Part shown: one piece after another, positions 1-8,394 of the stretch | Layout of the letters: each line of letters opens with the position of its first letter | How positions within the stretch are numbered: the first letter of the stretch is position 1 | From: an uncultured Gemmatimonadales bacterium | Lineage (GTDB): Bacteria > Gemmatimonadota > Gemmatimonadetes > Gemmatimonadales > Gemmatimonadaceae | DNA length: 64,000 nt | Assembly: GCA_963850905.1 (NCBI GenBank) | Contig: CAWKMU010000003.1 | Location: 1,504,001-1,568,000, forward strand | Reading direction: 5' to 3' | Program-made: the position numbers and the translations under genes | The notes under the pieces: model-generated | Database searches by the model: none | The model's input: only the letters and a program-made list of their open reading frames with translations | Told to the model about the DNA's origin: nothing

Positions 1-816
1 GCGGCACGTCTGCATGTCGTGCGTATCGACCCCGGTGATGCCACGGCTGCACTTACGTACACGATGAATTTCCACGTCGGCCACCATCGCACGTGGCAAT
101 TGGGTCACGGGTGGTCATTGGCGATGGAGGAACAGTTCTATCTCGTGTGGCCGGCGCTGCTGCTTCTGACCGGCAGGCGCCGGGCCTTCGGGCTAGCCGT
201 CCTGCTCATCGCGGTGCTCCCGATTGTGCGCTTCGTCGAGCAGCAGCACGGTCTCGTGCCGGGACCTCCACGGTCGTGGGAGTCGTTCGGGGATGCGTTG
301 GCCATCGGCGGCCTCCTCGCGGGCTTTGGCGAACGGCTCTGGAACTGGCGGCCCTACCGCGCCGTGTTGACGTCGCCCGCGGTTGCCCTGCTGCCAGTGC
401 TTGTCCTGCTGGCCACGGCCGACCTTGGCGGCCGACCCCGTCTGCATGCAGCGGTGCAGCTCAGCGTGCTCAACGTCCTGATCGCGCTGGTCATTCATTA
501 CTGCGTGAAGGTGCCCACATCGCCGGCGGCACGACTGCTGAACTGGCGACCCATCGCGGCGGTCGGAGTTCTCAGCTACTCCCTGTATCTGTGGCAAGAG
601 CCCTTCATGGAGACCCCGCTGAACACCTGGTGGACGCGTTTCCCGATCAATGTCATCCTTGCGGTGATCGCGGCGTGGCTATCCTATCATCTCGTCGAGC
701 AACCATTCCTGCGCATTCGCCAGCGCATTGACACGAGAATCAATGCCAGTCGTAGCGCTGACGACAATCGAGCGAGCGTCCCGGCAATCCCCGCGTCACC
801 ACTCGCGGGCAATTAG
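1..816 (+). CDS. Acyltransferase family 3 (OafA/YrhL-like), 5'-truncated by the window edge
   Basis: Motifs HGWSLAMEEQFYLVWP, SYSLYLWQ and SYHLVEQPF; multi-pass hydrophobic protein. Confidence 0.9.
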   Translation, partial: AARLHVVRIDPGDATAALTYTMNFHVGHHRTWQLGHGWSLAMEEQFYLVWPALLLLTGRRRAFGLAVLLIAVLPIVRFVEQQHGLVPGPPRSWESFGDALAIGGLLAGFGERLWNWRPYRAVLTSPAVALLPVLVLLATADLGGRPRLHAAVQLSVLNVLIALVIHYCVKVPTSPAARLLNWRPIAAVGVLSYSLYLWQEPFMETPLNTWWTRFPINVILAVIAAWLSYHLVEQPFLRIRQRIDTRINASRSADDNRASVPAIPASPLAGN

Positions 817-828
817 AGCCCGGGCGCG

Positions 829-2319
829 TCACCTGGTTGCCAACACCTTCAGGCGCTCGACGGCGTGAGTGTTCTTCGGGTCCCGGACGAGCGATCTCCT
901 ATAGTTGTCGATAGCGATAGCCTCGTCAATGGGCTCGTACGCCTCCGCCAGACTGTCGTACGTGTTGGCACTTTCCGGATAGAGGCTGACGTTGAGCTTG
1001 AATACCTCGATCGCCTCCTTCCGAAGCCCCTGTTGCACCAACAGGTATCCCCACGCGTTGACATCGCTCTCATCCAACTTGAACGTTGAATCCTTTGCCT
1101 TCGCGTCCCGCGCCACGTCGATCGCATGTTGAAAGCCGCGCTTCAGGAGCTCGGCGCGGAGCGCCCTTATTGAGAGTGGCAAGCCGAATCCAGTGGACCC
1201 TCGCATGTCCGGGATGTAGTAGCCAGCTACTTCGTCAATGAACGACTCCGGCGAGCAGCCCTGCATGTTGGTCAAGATGACGATCGCCAGGTCGTCGTCC
1301 GGATACACGAAGATTGCGGAGCGGCCGCCTCCGACGGAGGCCGCGGCTCGATGTTCCACCCTGCCTACGATAGGCCACCCTACCGCATATCCATTGAGCA
1401 ATCTGCTGAATCCGCCTGTTGATCCGTTGTTGAGAACCCCCGGCTTCCACAAAGTGTCAAGGCTGCTTTTCTCCCTCAGGAGTCGGCCATTCTGCAGAGC
1501 GATGACCCAACGCGCCAGTTCTTCCGCAGTACTGTTCATTCCCGCCGCCGTTCGAAGAAACGGTGGGAACTCCTCAAACAGGTTGGCGAGCTTGTCGGTG
1601 GCGACCATCTCCAGCCCCACCTTTCGAAGGTGAGTATAGCCGCGGGCACTATGAGCCAGAACGTCGCGCGAATCTCCAAATAGGGTGAGCGGCATCCCCA
1701 CCACGCGCAGCTGCTCCTCCGCGATGAAACGGTCGAAGGGCTGTCCGCTCAACTTCTCAATGATTCTACCCAAGAGCAGGTAGTTCGTCTGGTTGTAGCT
1801 GAAGCGCTCCCCTGGGGCGAACTCCATGGGTATCGTTATCACTTTCGCCCAAGAAGCGTCATCGCCGGAGTCGGATACCATCGTTGCATTGTTGTCCATG
1901 ATGTTGGGCAATCCGGACATGTGCGTAGCCAGCTGCCGGACGGTCACCGGTCGCCACGCGACGGGCAATCCGTCGAGGTAGCGAGACACGGGTGCCGACA
2001 GATCCAACTGCCGGCGTTCTACCAGTTGCATGATGGCAACGCCGACAAACGCCTTCGTGATGGAGTTGATGGAAAAGACCGTCCGATCATCGACAGGGAC
2101 GCTGTCCTGTATGTTGGCGGTGCCGTAAGCGCCATGCAGCACGATCTCGCCATGTCGAACGACCGCTATCTGGAGTCCTGGGATCTGACGCCTTCTCATC
2201 TCCGCGCGTAGAAACGTGACAACAGCGCTCGACTGGAACGTGTGGACTCGCGCCGGCGGTGGGTGGACCGAAGGCACAATGAAGAGCAGCGATCGGAGCA
2301 CGTCGTTCAGACTTGTCAT
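829..2319 (-). CDS. Serine hydrolase (beta-lactamase/PBP-like fold) with C-terminal TPR domain
   Basis: IPGLQIAV, SITK (SxxK), LATHMSGL, PGERFSYNQTNY; C-terminal NAWGY...YPESANTYDSLAEAY TPR. Confidence 0.9.
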   Translation of the reverse strand: MTSLNDVLRSLLFIVPSVHPPPARVHTFQSSAVVTFLRAEMRRRQIPGLQIAVVRHGEIVLHGAYGTANIQDSVPVDDRTVFSINSITKAFVGVAIMQLVERRQLDLSAPVSRYLDGLPVAWRPVTVRQLATHMSGLPNIMDNNATMVSDSGDDASWAKVITIPMEFAPGERFSYNQTNYLLLGRIIEKLSGQPFDRFIAEEQLRVVGMPLTLFGDSRDVLAHSARGYTHLRKVGLEMVATDKLANLFEEFPPFLRTAAGMNSTAEELARWVIALQNGRLLREKSSLDTLWKPGVLNNGSTGGFSRLLNGYAVGWPIVGRVEHRAAASVGGGRSAIFVYPDDDLAIVILTNMQGCSPESFIDEVAGYYIPDMRGSTGFGLPLSIRALRAELLKRGFQHAIDVARDAKAKDSTFKLDESDVNAWGYLLVQQGLRKEAIEVFKLNVSLYPESANTYDSLAEAYEPIDEAIAIDNYRRSLVRDPKNTHAVERLKVLATR

Positions 2320-2347
2320 CTAGCTCGCCTGGGGCTGTTATGTAGTT

Positions 2348-2398
2348 TGCTGAGAAACCAGCACTGCTGAAATTTCAGCAGACAGGTGCGTTTGTCAA
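2348..2398 (-). promoter_or_regulatory. Sigma70-like promoter overlapped by palindromic operator candidates
   Basis: Minus strand TTGACA-17 bp-AAATTT; perfect palindrome CTGCTGAAATTTCAGCAG (2364-2381) and related TGCTGAGAAACCAGCA (2348-2363). Confidence 0.55.
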
Positions 2399-2424
2399 GT
2401 CGGGGCGAAGCCAGACTCCGGCCC

Positions 2425-5100
2425 TCACGCTTTCAAGGTCTCGATCGGGTCGACGGCGAGCGCCCGGCGGGCGGGGAGATACGCGGCAGGTAGCGCGATG
2501 AGTGCCAACAGCGCGGTGACTTCCAGATAGGTCGGCGGATCCGCCGGACCGATGCCGAAGAGCACGGAACGCATCGCGCGTGTCGCCACGAGTGCGACGC
2601 CCAGTCCGACGAGCACACCTCCCAGTGTCAGGCCGGCGCTTTCTCTGATGACCGAGACCAGAACCTGGCGGCGGGAGGCACCAAGTGCGACGCGGAGCCC
2701 GATCTCGCGCCTGCGCTCGCTGACCGCGTAGGCGACGACGCCTGCGATCCCGAGGGCGCCGAGCAACAGCCCAAGCCCGCTGAAGGTCGCGAGGAGCACC
2801 GAGAGAAGGCGCGGCCGCGCGACTGACTGCCGGACGACATCGTCGAGCGTCTTCACGCTCGTAATCGTCTGATCCTTGTTCAGGGACCAGATCGCACGTT
2901 CGATAGCTCCAGTCATCGCCACCGGATCGCCTCGCGTCCGCACGACGAGCGTCACCGACGAGCGCATGTTCTGCGGCGCAGCCAGGTACATCGCCGGCTG
3001 GGGCGCCGCGTCGAGGCCATCTTCGTGGACGTCCCGGACCACGCCAACGATCGGCACGCGAGTCGTGTCACCGAGCACCAGCCTTCGACCCGGCACATCG
3101 GTGATCGCGCCAGGGAGATACTTGCGGGCGAACGCTTCGTTGACCACGACGACATCCTTCGTTCCAGAGGTATCGGCTCGCGTGAACTCGCGTCCGGCGA
3201 GCACCGGAGTGCCCATCGCTGCGAAGTATCCAGCGCTCACGTGGTTGACGAGTGCGACTGGTCGCTGGCTCGTAGGCACCAGGGGTTCGCCGTCGATGCC
3301 GAACCCCCAATCCTCTTCCTCGCCCTGCAAGGGTAGCAGCTTCGTGGCGCCGACGGCCAACACGCCGGGGACATCCCGCACGCGGTCGAGGACATTCCCG
3401 TAATAGCGAGCCTGCCGCGCGATGTCGCTGTCGTCGCCCGGTCCCGCGATTTGAAAATTGACGGCGAGCACATGGTTGGGATGAAAGCCGGTCTCAGTTG
3501 CCGTCAGACGGCGGAAGCTCTTCACCATGAGCACGGCGCCACATACGACCACGACGGCAACCGCGACTTCAGCCGCTACGAGTGCGTGACGTGCCCACAG
3601 TCGGTGGCGACCTGCCGTCGAGGCGCGGGTGCCGCCATCCGCATTCACGGGGTGGTCACTCGAAGCGGCGATCTTGAGCGCCGGTGGCAATCCGAGCAGA
3701 AGCCCCGTGGCGAGGGACGCGAACAACGTCAATCCCACGACGTCCCATTGGAATCGAGGTGCGAGCCGCGGCAGCTCTCCCTCCGCGAGCAGCGCGATGA
3801 CGGGCAGCGATAATCTGGCGACGAGGACACCGGCGAGACCGCCGATCAGCGCCAGCAGCATCGACTCGACCATCAGTTGGCGCACGAGGCGTCGGCGCGG
3901 GGCGCCAAGCGCCGAGCGCACGGTGAACTCCGTTTCGCGCGCCGTCGTGCGGGCGAGCAACAATGCGGCGATGTTGGTGGCCGCCATCAATAGCACGCAG
4001 CCGACACCGCCCAGCATCACGAGGAGTGCGGGTCGCACGTCGCCGACGATCGAATCAAGCAGTGGGACGACGCGAGCGCTCGTCCATCCGAAATCCCCGT
4101 CGGGGTAGGCGTCGGCCAGATGGTGCTGGAGCTGCGCGAGGCTGGCCTGCGCCCTTGTCACCGACACACCGGGGGCGAGGCGGCCGATGACGTTGAGCCA
4201 CCGGACCGCGCGGACCTTCCACGGCGTTGCGGTTTGTGCTTCATACAGCGCGGACATCCGAATGTCCGGCCCGTCTCCCGGGAATCGCATCGCGGGTGGC
4301 ATGACACCGACGACGACATGTGGCGCCCCATCGAGGTCAATAGCGCGGCCGACGATCGTCGGATCGGAGCCGAAGCGGCGATGCCAGAGCCCGTCGCTCA
4401 ACACGACGACGCGCGGGCCGTTTTCCGCCATCTCGTCGGCACGCGGAAGGCGTCCGAGCTCTGGTTTGACGTCGAGGGTCTCGAAGAACCCCGGTGTGAT
4501 CTGCGCTGCCGAAAGCCGTTCCGGCTCGCCCAGGCCCGTGAGGTCTGCACCACTCTGGCCTGGCGCGTACCAGTAGCCGCCGACGGACGCGATGTCGTGC
4601 TGACCGTGCCGCCAGTCCTCGAGATCGGGAACCGAGATTGGTCCCAGAGTCTGCCGCTTGGGTTCGACGGGCCACAGGCGGACCAGTTGGTCCTGGTGCG
4701 GGAAGGGCAGGGGCTCGAGGAGGACGTGATCGACCACGCTGCCGATCGCGGCGACACCGCCCATGCCGAGGGCCAGCGTCAGCACAGCGACCGTTGTGAA
4801 CCCCGGGCTCGAGACCAGGCGCCGCCATGCATAGCGGATGTCGTGATTGAGCCCGAACCAGGCTGCGGCCGACCGGGCGCGCGTTTCGTGCGCGGCGTCG
4901 AGCGCCGCAATCGCCGATCGAGTGCCATCGACGTCACCGAACTGCCGCAGGGCCTCTCGGCGCGCGGCTTCGGCACTCATGCCACGGCTCATCAGCTCCT
5001 CGATGCGCATGCCGAGGTGCGCCGTGATCTCGGCATCGACATCCTCGTCGATGTCCGGTTTCCGGCGCTCGAGGTGGAACAGTCGTCTCACGCCACGCAT
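2425..5100 (-). CDS. ADOP family duplicated ABC permease (MacB/FtsX x2)
   Basis: N-terminal 'DVDAEITAHL...ARREALRQFG' prefix, DIRYAWRRL..PGFT..AVLTLALG, two FtsX halves (EFTVRSALGA, EIGLRVALGA), VDPIETLKA end; adjacent PadR gene. Confidence 0.92.
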   Translation of the reverse strand: MRGVRRLFHLERRKPDIDEDVDAEITAHLGMRIEELMSRGMSAEAARREALRQFGDVDGTRSAIAALDAAHETRARSAAAWFGLNHDIRYAWRRLVSSPGFTTVAVLTLALGMGGVAAIGSVVDHVLLEPLPFPHQDQLVRLWPVEPKRQTLGPISVPDLEDWRHGQHDIASVGGYWYAPGQSGADLTGLGEPERLSAAQITPGFFETLDVKPELGRLPRADEMAENGPRVVVLSDGLWHRRFGSDPTIVGRAIDLDGAPHVVVGVMPPAMRFPGDGPDIRMSALYEAQTATPWKVRAVRWLNVIGRLAPGVSVTRAQASLAQLQHHLADAYPDGDFGWTSARVVPLLDSIVGDVRPALLVMLGGVGCVLLMAATNIAALLLARTTARETEFTVRSALGAPRRRLVRQLMVESMLLALIGGLAGVLVARLSLPVIALLAEGELPRLAPRFQWDVVGLTLFASLATGLLLGLPPALKIAASSDHPVNADGGTRASTAGRHRLWARHALVAAEVAVAVVVVCGAVLMVKSFRRLTATETGFHPNHVLAVNFQIAGPGDDSDIARQARYYGNVLDRVRDVPGVLAVGATKLLPLQGEEEDWGFGIDGEPLVPTSQRPVALVNHVSAGYFAAMGTPVLAGREFTRADTSGTKDVVVVNEAFARKYLPGAITDVPGRRLVLGDTTRVPIVGVVRDVHEDGLDAAPQPAMYLAAPQNMRSSVTLVVRTRGDPVAMTGAIERAIWSLNKDQTITSVKTLDDVVRQSVARPRLLSVLLATFSGLGLLLGALGIAGVVAYAVSERRREIGLRVALGASRRQVLVSVIRESAGLTLGGVLVGLGVALVATRAMRSVLFGIGPADPPTYLEVTALLALIALPAAYLPARRALAVDPIETLKA

Positions 5101-5109
5101 ACGATCTCC

Positions 5110-5445
5110 CTACGCGGTGCTGAGGATACGCGATACGGCGGCTGCATAGCGTTCCCAGAGGGATGTGCGAGCGCGGAGGTGCGCTCTCCCAGCCGGTGTG
5201 AGCTCGTAGTACTTGGCCGTCCGATTGGCGTCCGATCGTCCCCACTCGCTCTCGACCCATCCACGTTTGCGGAGTCGGTGGAGCGCGGTATAGAGCGCGC
5301 CATCCTCGATCACCAGCTCGTCCTGGGTGCGGTCGGCAATCCAGCGGGCGACGGCGTAGCCGTGTCGCGGGCCCCAGCTGAGCGCTTTGAGAATGAGGAG
5401 ATCCAGCGTCCCCTGTAGGAGCTCGAGCTCCTTGTCCGCGGCCAT
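5110..5445 (-). CDS. PadR family transcriptional regulator (acidobacterial type)
   Basis: LLQGTLDLLILKAL..GPRHGY, GALYTALHRL, W..S..NR.AKYYELT. Confidence 0.95.
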   Translation of the reverse strand: MAADKELELLQGTLDLLILKALSWGPRHGYAVARWIADRTQDELVIEDGALYTALHRLRKRGWVESEWGRSDANRTAKYYELTPAGRAHLRARTSLWERYAAAVSRILSTA

Positions 5446-5454
5446 CGTGTCCGA

Positions 5455-5473
5455 CCCCTGAAGGATTCAGGGG
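5455..5473. promoter_or_regulatory. Candidate PadR autoregulatory operator
   Basis: Inverted repeat CCCCTGAA-GGA-TTCAGGGG about 10 bp upstream of the padR ATG. Confidence 0.5.
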
Positions 5474-5610
5474 AAGGTGACGACACGGACCCCGCCTGTC
5501 AATTGTGTGCCGCGGTCAGTGCGGCGGACGTTTGTGTGCGGAGTCGTTCGGCTGACTCCCGGCCGGCGGCACCATGACACCCGGGCGCCGGCGCCATCGA
5601 GAAGATTGGC

Positions 5611-6024
5611 TCAATACCCTCCGCCGAACACGAGCACGTAGCCGTTTGGGTCGCGCACTTCGAACTCCCAGTTTTCGTAGGGCTGATGGGTGAGCGGCAT
5701 CTGGACGAACGGCTGCCCTTGTACACTCTCGTAGAGGGCGTGGACGCCATCAGCACGGATATAGGCGTCCCACAACCCGCTCGGCCGACGATCGCGCAGA
5801 TCGGGCTTCTCGTAACCGGCGAGGCCCAGCAGCATGATCTCGGCCGGTCCACGATGCAGGCTGGCGTACACGTACGGCTCGTGTTTCGGTACCGCGCCGG
5901 CGAGCTCGAATCCGAGATTGTCGACGTACCAGCGGACGGTGTTGGCCACATCGGCGACCAAGAAGGTCGGTACAGCGGATCGAATGGTGACGTCGCTCTG
6001 TGTGGGGGTGGACGCGTGGGTCAT
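5611..6024 (-). CDS. VOC/glyoxalase/bleomycin-resistance family protein
   Basis: PTFLVADV..TVRWY...LGF; EFEVRDPNGYVLVFG; GGAG before the ATG at 6024. Confidence 0.85.
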   Translation of the reverse strand: MTHASTPTQSDVTIRSAVPTFLVADVANTVRWYVDNLGFELAGAVPKHEPYVYASLHRGPAEIMLLGLAGYEKPDLRDRRPSGLWDAYIRADGVHALYESVQGQPFVQMPLTHQPYENWEFEVRDPNGYVLVFGGGY

Positions 6025-6641
6025 CTCCAGCACCTCATTGGAAACGAATCAGTCGTTGGTGTGCGCGTAGCGCGACATGTCGCCTCCGCCGTTGGTCGTC
6101 CCGTGATCACCTCCTGAAATATTATGGGCGCGACCAGGCACTCGGGAACGTCGCGAGCGAACCCCTATGCCCGGACCTTCGCTGTCGAGGTTCGAGAGCG
6201 CTCGATCGCGTCCTGGATCGTCCGACAGGTCGCGGGGCTAAGGCCTTCACCGAACCCATAGGTCTTTTACGGACAGGCCCTCCGAGCCCGTCACCATGAT
6301 GGCTGATCGGACGGCGATTGCTGGCTCGTCTCGATCGATCGGCCCGCCTCAGTCATGGCTCGCCACCCCTCGTCGTCCCACGTCGGCTCGCGCGCCCACT
6401 GCGGCGCGCGCCACAATCAGAACAAGAGTCTCTACGGAGTTGCACGCATCGGGGCGTGATTCTGGCTCACTCGCTAGCCGTCGGCCCGCCGTAGACATAC
6501 TATCAGAACCACACCTTCCCACTGACGGCAGCCGTCGTGGCGACGTCGGACGTAGAGGACCCTGCTCCAAGCCGCACTCCGCCAGCGTGCACCTGTGGGA
6601 ATCCCCTCATCCCTTACCTACTGAACGCGATCTGAGGACGG

Positions 6642-7724
6642 ATGGGCCACATCGAGAACGAGCCTGTCAGAGGATCCATCGGCGACCTGCGGGCGTTTCA
6701 GAAGCCGGGACTGCAAACGCTCCGCCGCTACATCCGGGGCGAGCTGGCCGCACCGCCCATCGCGCGACTCCTCGGCATGCGCCCGACCGATGCGGGACTC
6801 GGCAGAACGACATTCACGATGCCTGTCACGCGCTGGTTGGAGGACGGGTTTGGTCTGTATTGGGGCGGCGTCTACGCGCTCTTTGCCGACGCGCCACTGG
6901 CGTCGGCGATCTGGACAACGTTGCCCGCCGGGAAAGCAGTCACCACATCCGAGCTCAGTCTGTCGTTCGTACGGCCGATGAGCAGAAAGACGACGAACAT
7001 GATTGGACGGGCCGAGACGATTCATGCGGGCAGTCAGGTCGGTCTGTCGATGATTCAGATTACCGACCACGAAGGGCGCCTGCTCGCATTCGGCAGCACG
7101 CGCTGCCTGATCGCCGACGTGCCGGTCGACCTCCAGGCGGAGTATCCACCGCCGAACCCTGGCCCTTCCGATTCGCCCGATCCGTATCTCCGAGCGCCCC
7201 CCGAGACGGGCTACTTCAGTCTGGATCAGGTCCTGAACGGCACCCCCATCGATTTGCAACGGCGCACCATCGCGGGCGAGAAGATCTTCCCGGTCTGGCA
7301 ATTGACCGGGTATCGACCGACGTCGGTCGATGACGGCCACATCAAGGGCGTGCTGCCGTCGTCGCCATGGTTCTCGAATGGCGGGCCGTCGATCTACGGC
7401 GGCCTGCTCGCATGGGCAGCGGAGTTCACGATGGGTGCAGCGGTGTATTCCACGCTATCCGCGGGCGACGTGTTCGCCACGTTGGATATGCACATTCGCT
7501 TCACGAGACCAGCGGTCATCAACTCAGGGCCTTTCACCCTTGACGGCTCCGTGAATCACCGCGGCAGATTGCTGCGCGTCAGCTCCTGCAACGTCGATAA
7601 CGCGGAAGGCAAGCGCGTCGCGATGGCGACGTCGTCGGCCCTCGTGGTCGAGGGCGGCGCTCGCGAGCTGCGCAAAGGACGGCTCCCGGAAGAGATCCTG
7701 GTGGAAGCCTCGAGTGGAAGCTGA
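6642..7724 (+). CDS. Double-hotdog PaaI family thioesterase
   Basis: Two hotdog repeats: GGVYALFAD...TSELSLSFVRP and YGGLLAWAAE...TLDMHIRFTRP. Confidence 0.8.
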   Translation: MGHIENEPVRGSIGDLRAFQKPGLQTLRRYIRGELAAPPIARLLGMRPTDAGLGRTTFTMPVTRWLEDGFGLYWGGVYALFADAPLASAIWTTLPAGKAVTTSELSLSFVRPMSRKTTNMIGRAETIHAGSQVGLSMIQITDHEGRLLAFGSTRCLIADVPVDLQAEYPPPNPGPSDSPDPYLRAPPETGYFSLDQVLNGTPIDLQRRTIAGEKIFPVWQLTGYRPTSVDDGHIKGVLPSSPWFSNGGPSIYGGLLAWAAEFTMGAAVYSTLSAGDVFATLDMHIRFTRPAVINSGPFTLDGSVNHRGRLLRVSSCNVDNAEGKRVAMATSSALVVEGGARELRKGRLPEEILVEASSGS

Positions 7725-7855
7725 GCGTTGGCTCGGTACGCATTACATACCTCATGCTCGGTGCCCTGGCATAGACTGTCGTCCAGCCCCCAGAAGAAGA
7801 AATTGCGGTACGCCCGCACTCTCGTGGATGCCACTTCTGCAATTGGAGTCCTCCA

Positions 7856-8308
7856 GTGAATACCGTACCGGTCGAGCAGCACAGGTACCAGATGCCACCG
7901 CAAGAGGGAATTACGATCGCGCATTTCTTGACCGTAGCCGACGTCGAGCGATCAGCTCAATTCTACGAGACCGTCTTCGGCGGCCGGATCGTGCGCAAAG
8001 CGGAGCGCAAAGGCGAGCCGGCGTACATCCAGATCGCGAACACCTGGCTCATCGTCAACATTGGAGGCGGTCCGACACCCGACAAACCGACCGTGACACT
8101 GCGACCGCCAGCCGATCTAGATGAGGTCAGTAGCTTCATGAATATTCGCGTCGCTGACATTCAAGCGTGCTACCGGCTATGGCGAAGTCGAGGAGCGCAG
8201 TTCCTCACCGAGCCGAAGGACAAGTCTGGCGAGACACGCTGCTATATCCGTGATCCGGACGGCTACATCATCGAAGTCGGGGAGAGCAAACCGGAAGCAT
8301 GGGGATGA
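7856..8308 (+). CDS. VOC/glyoxalase family protein
   Basis: FLTVADVERSAQFYETVFGG; CYIRDPDGYIIEVG. Confidence 0.88.
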   Translation: MNTVPVEQHRYQMPPQEGITIAHFLTVADVERSAQFYETVFGGRIVRKAERKGEPAYIQIANTWLIVNIGGGPTPDKPTVTLRPPADLDEVSSFMNIRVADIQACYRLWRSRGAQFLTEPKDKSGETRCYIRDPDGYIIEVGESKPEAWG

Positions 8309-8394
8309 CGCTCCTTCGGTTCCGCGAACCGCACATGGGTGTCAACCCAACTGAGTGCGCCCACAAGCCGCGGATCGAGGTTTGACCCTGCATC

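Noticed and set aside
829..2319. Bona fide beta-lactamase resistance gene
   Set aside because: Generic SxxK serine hydrolase with a TPR domain; substrate cannot be inferred from the sequence
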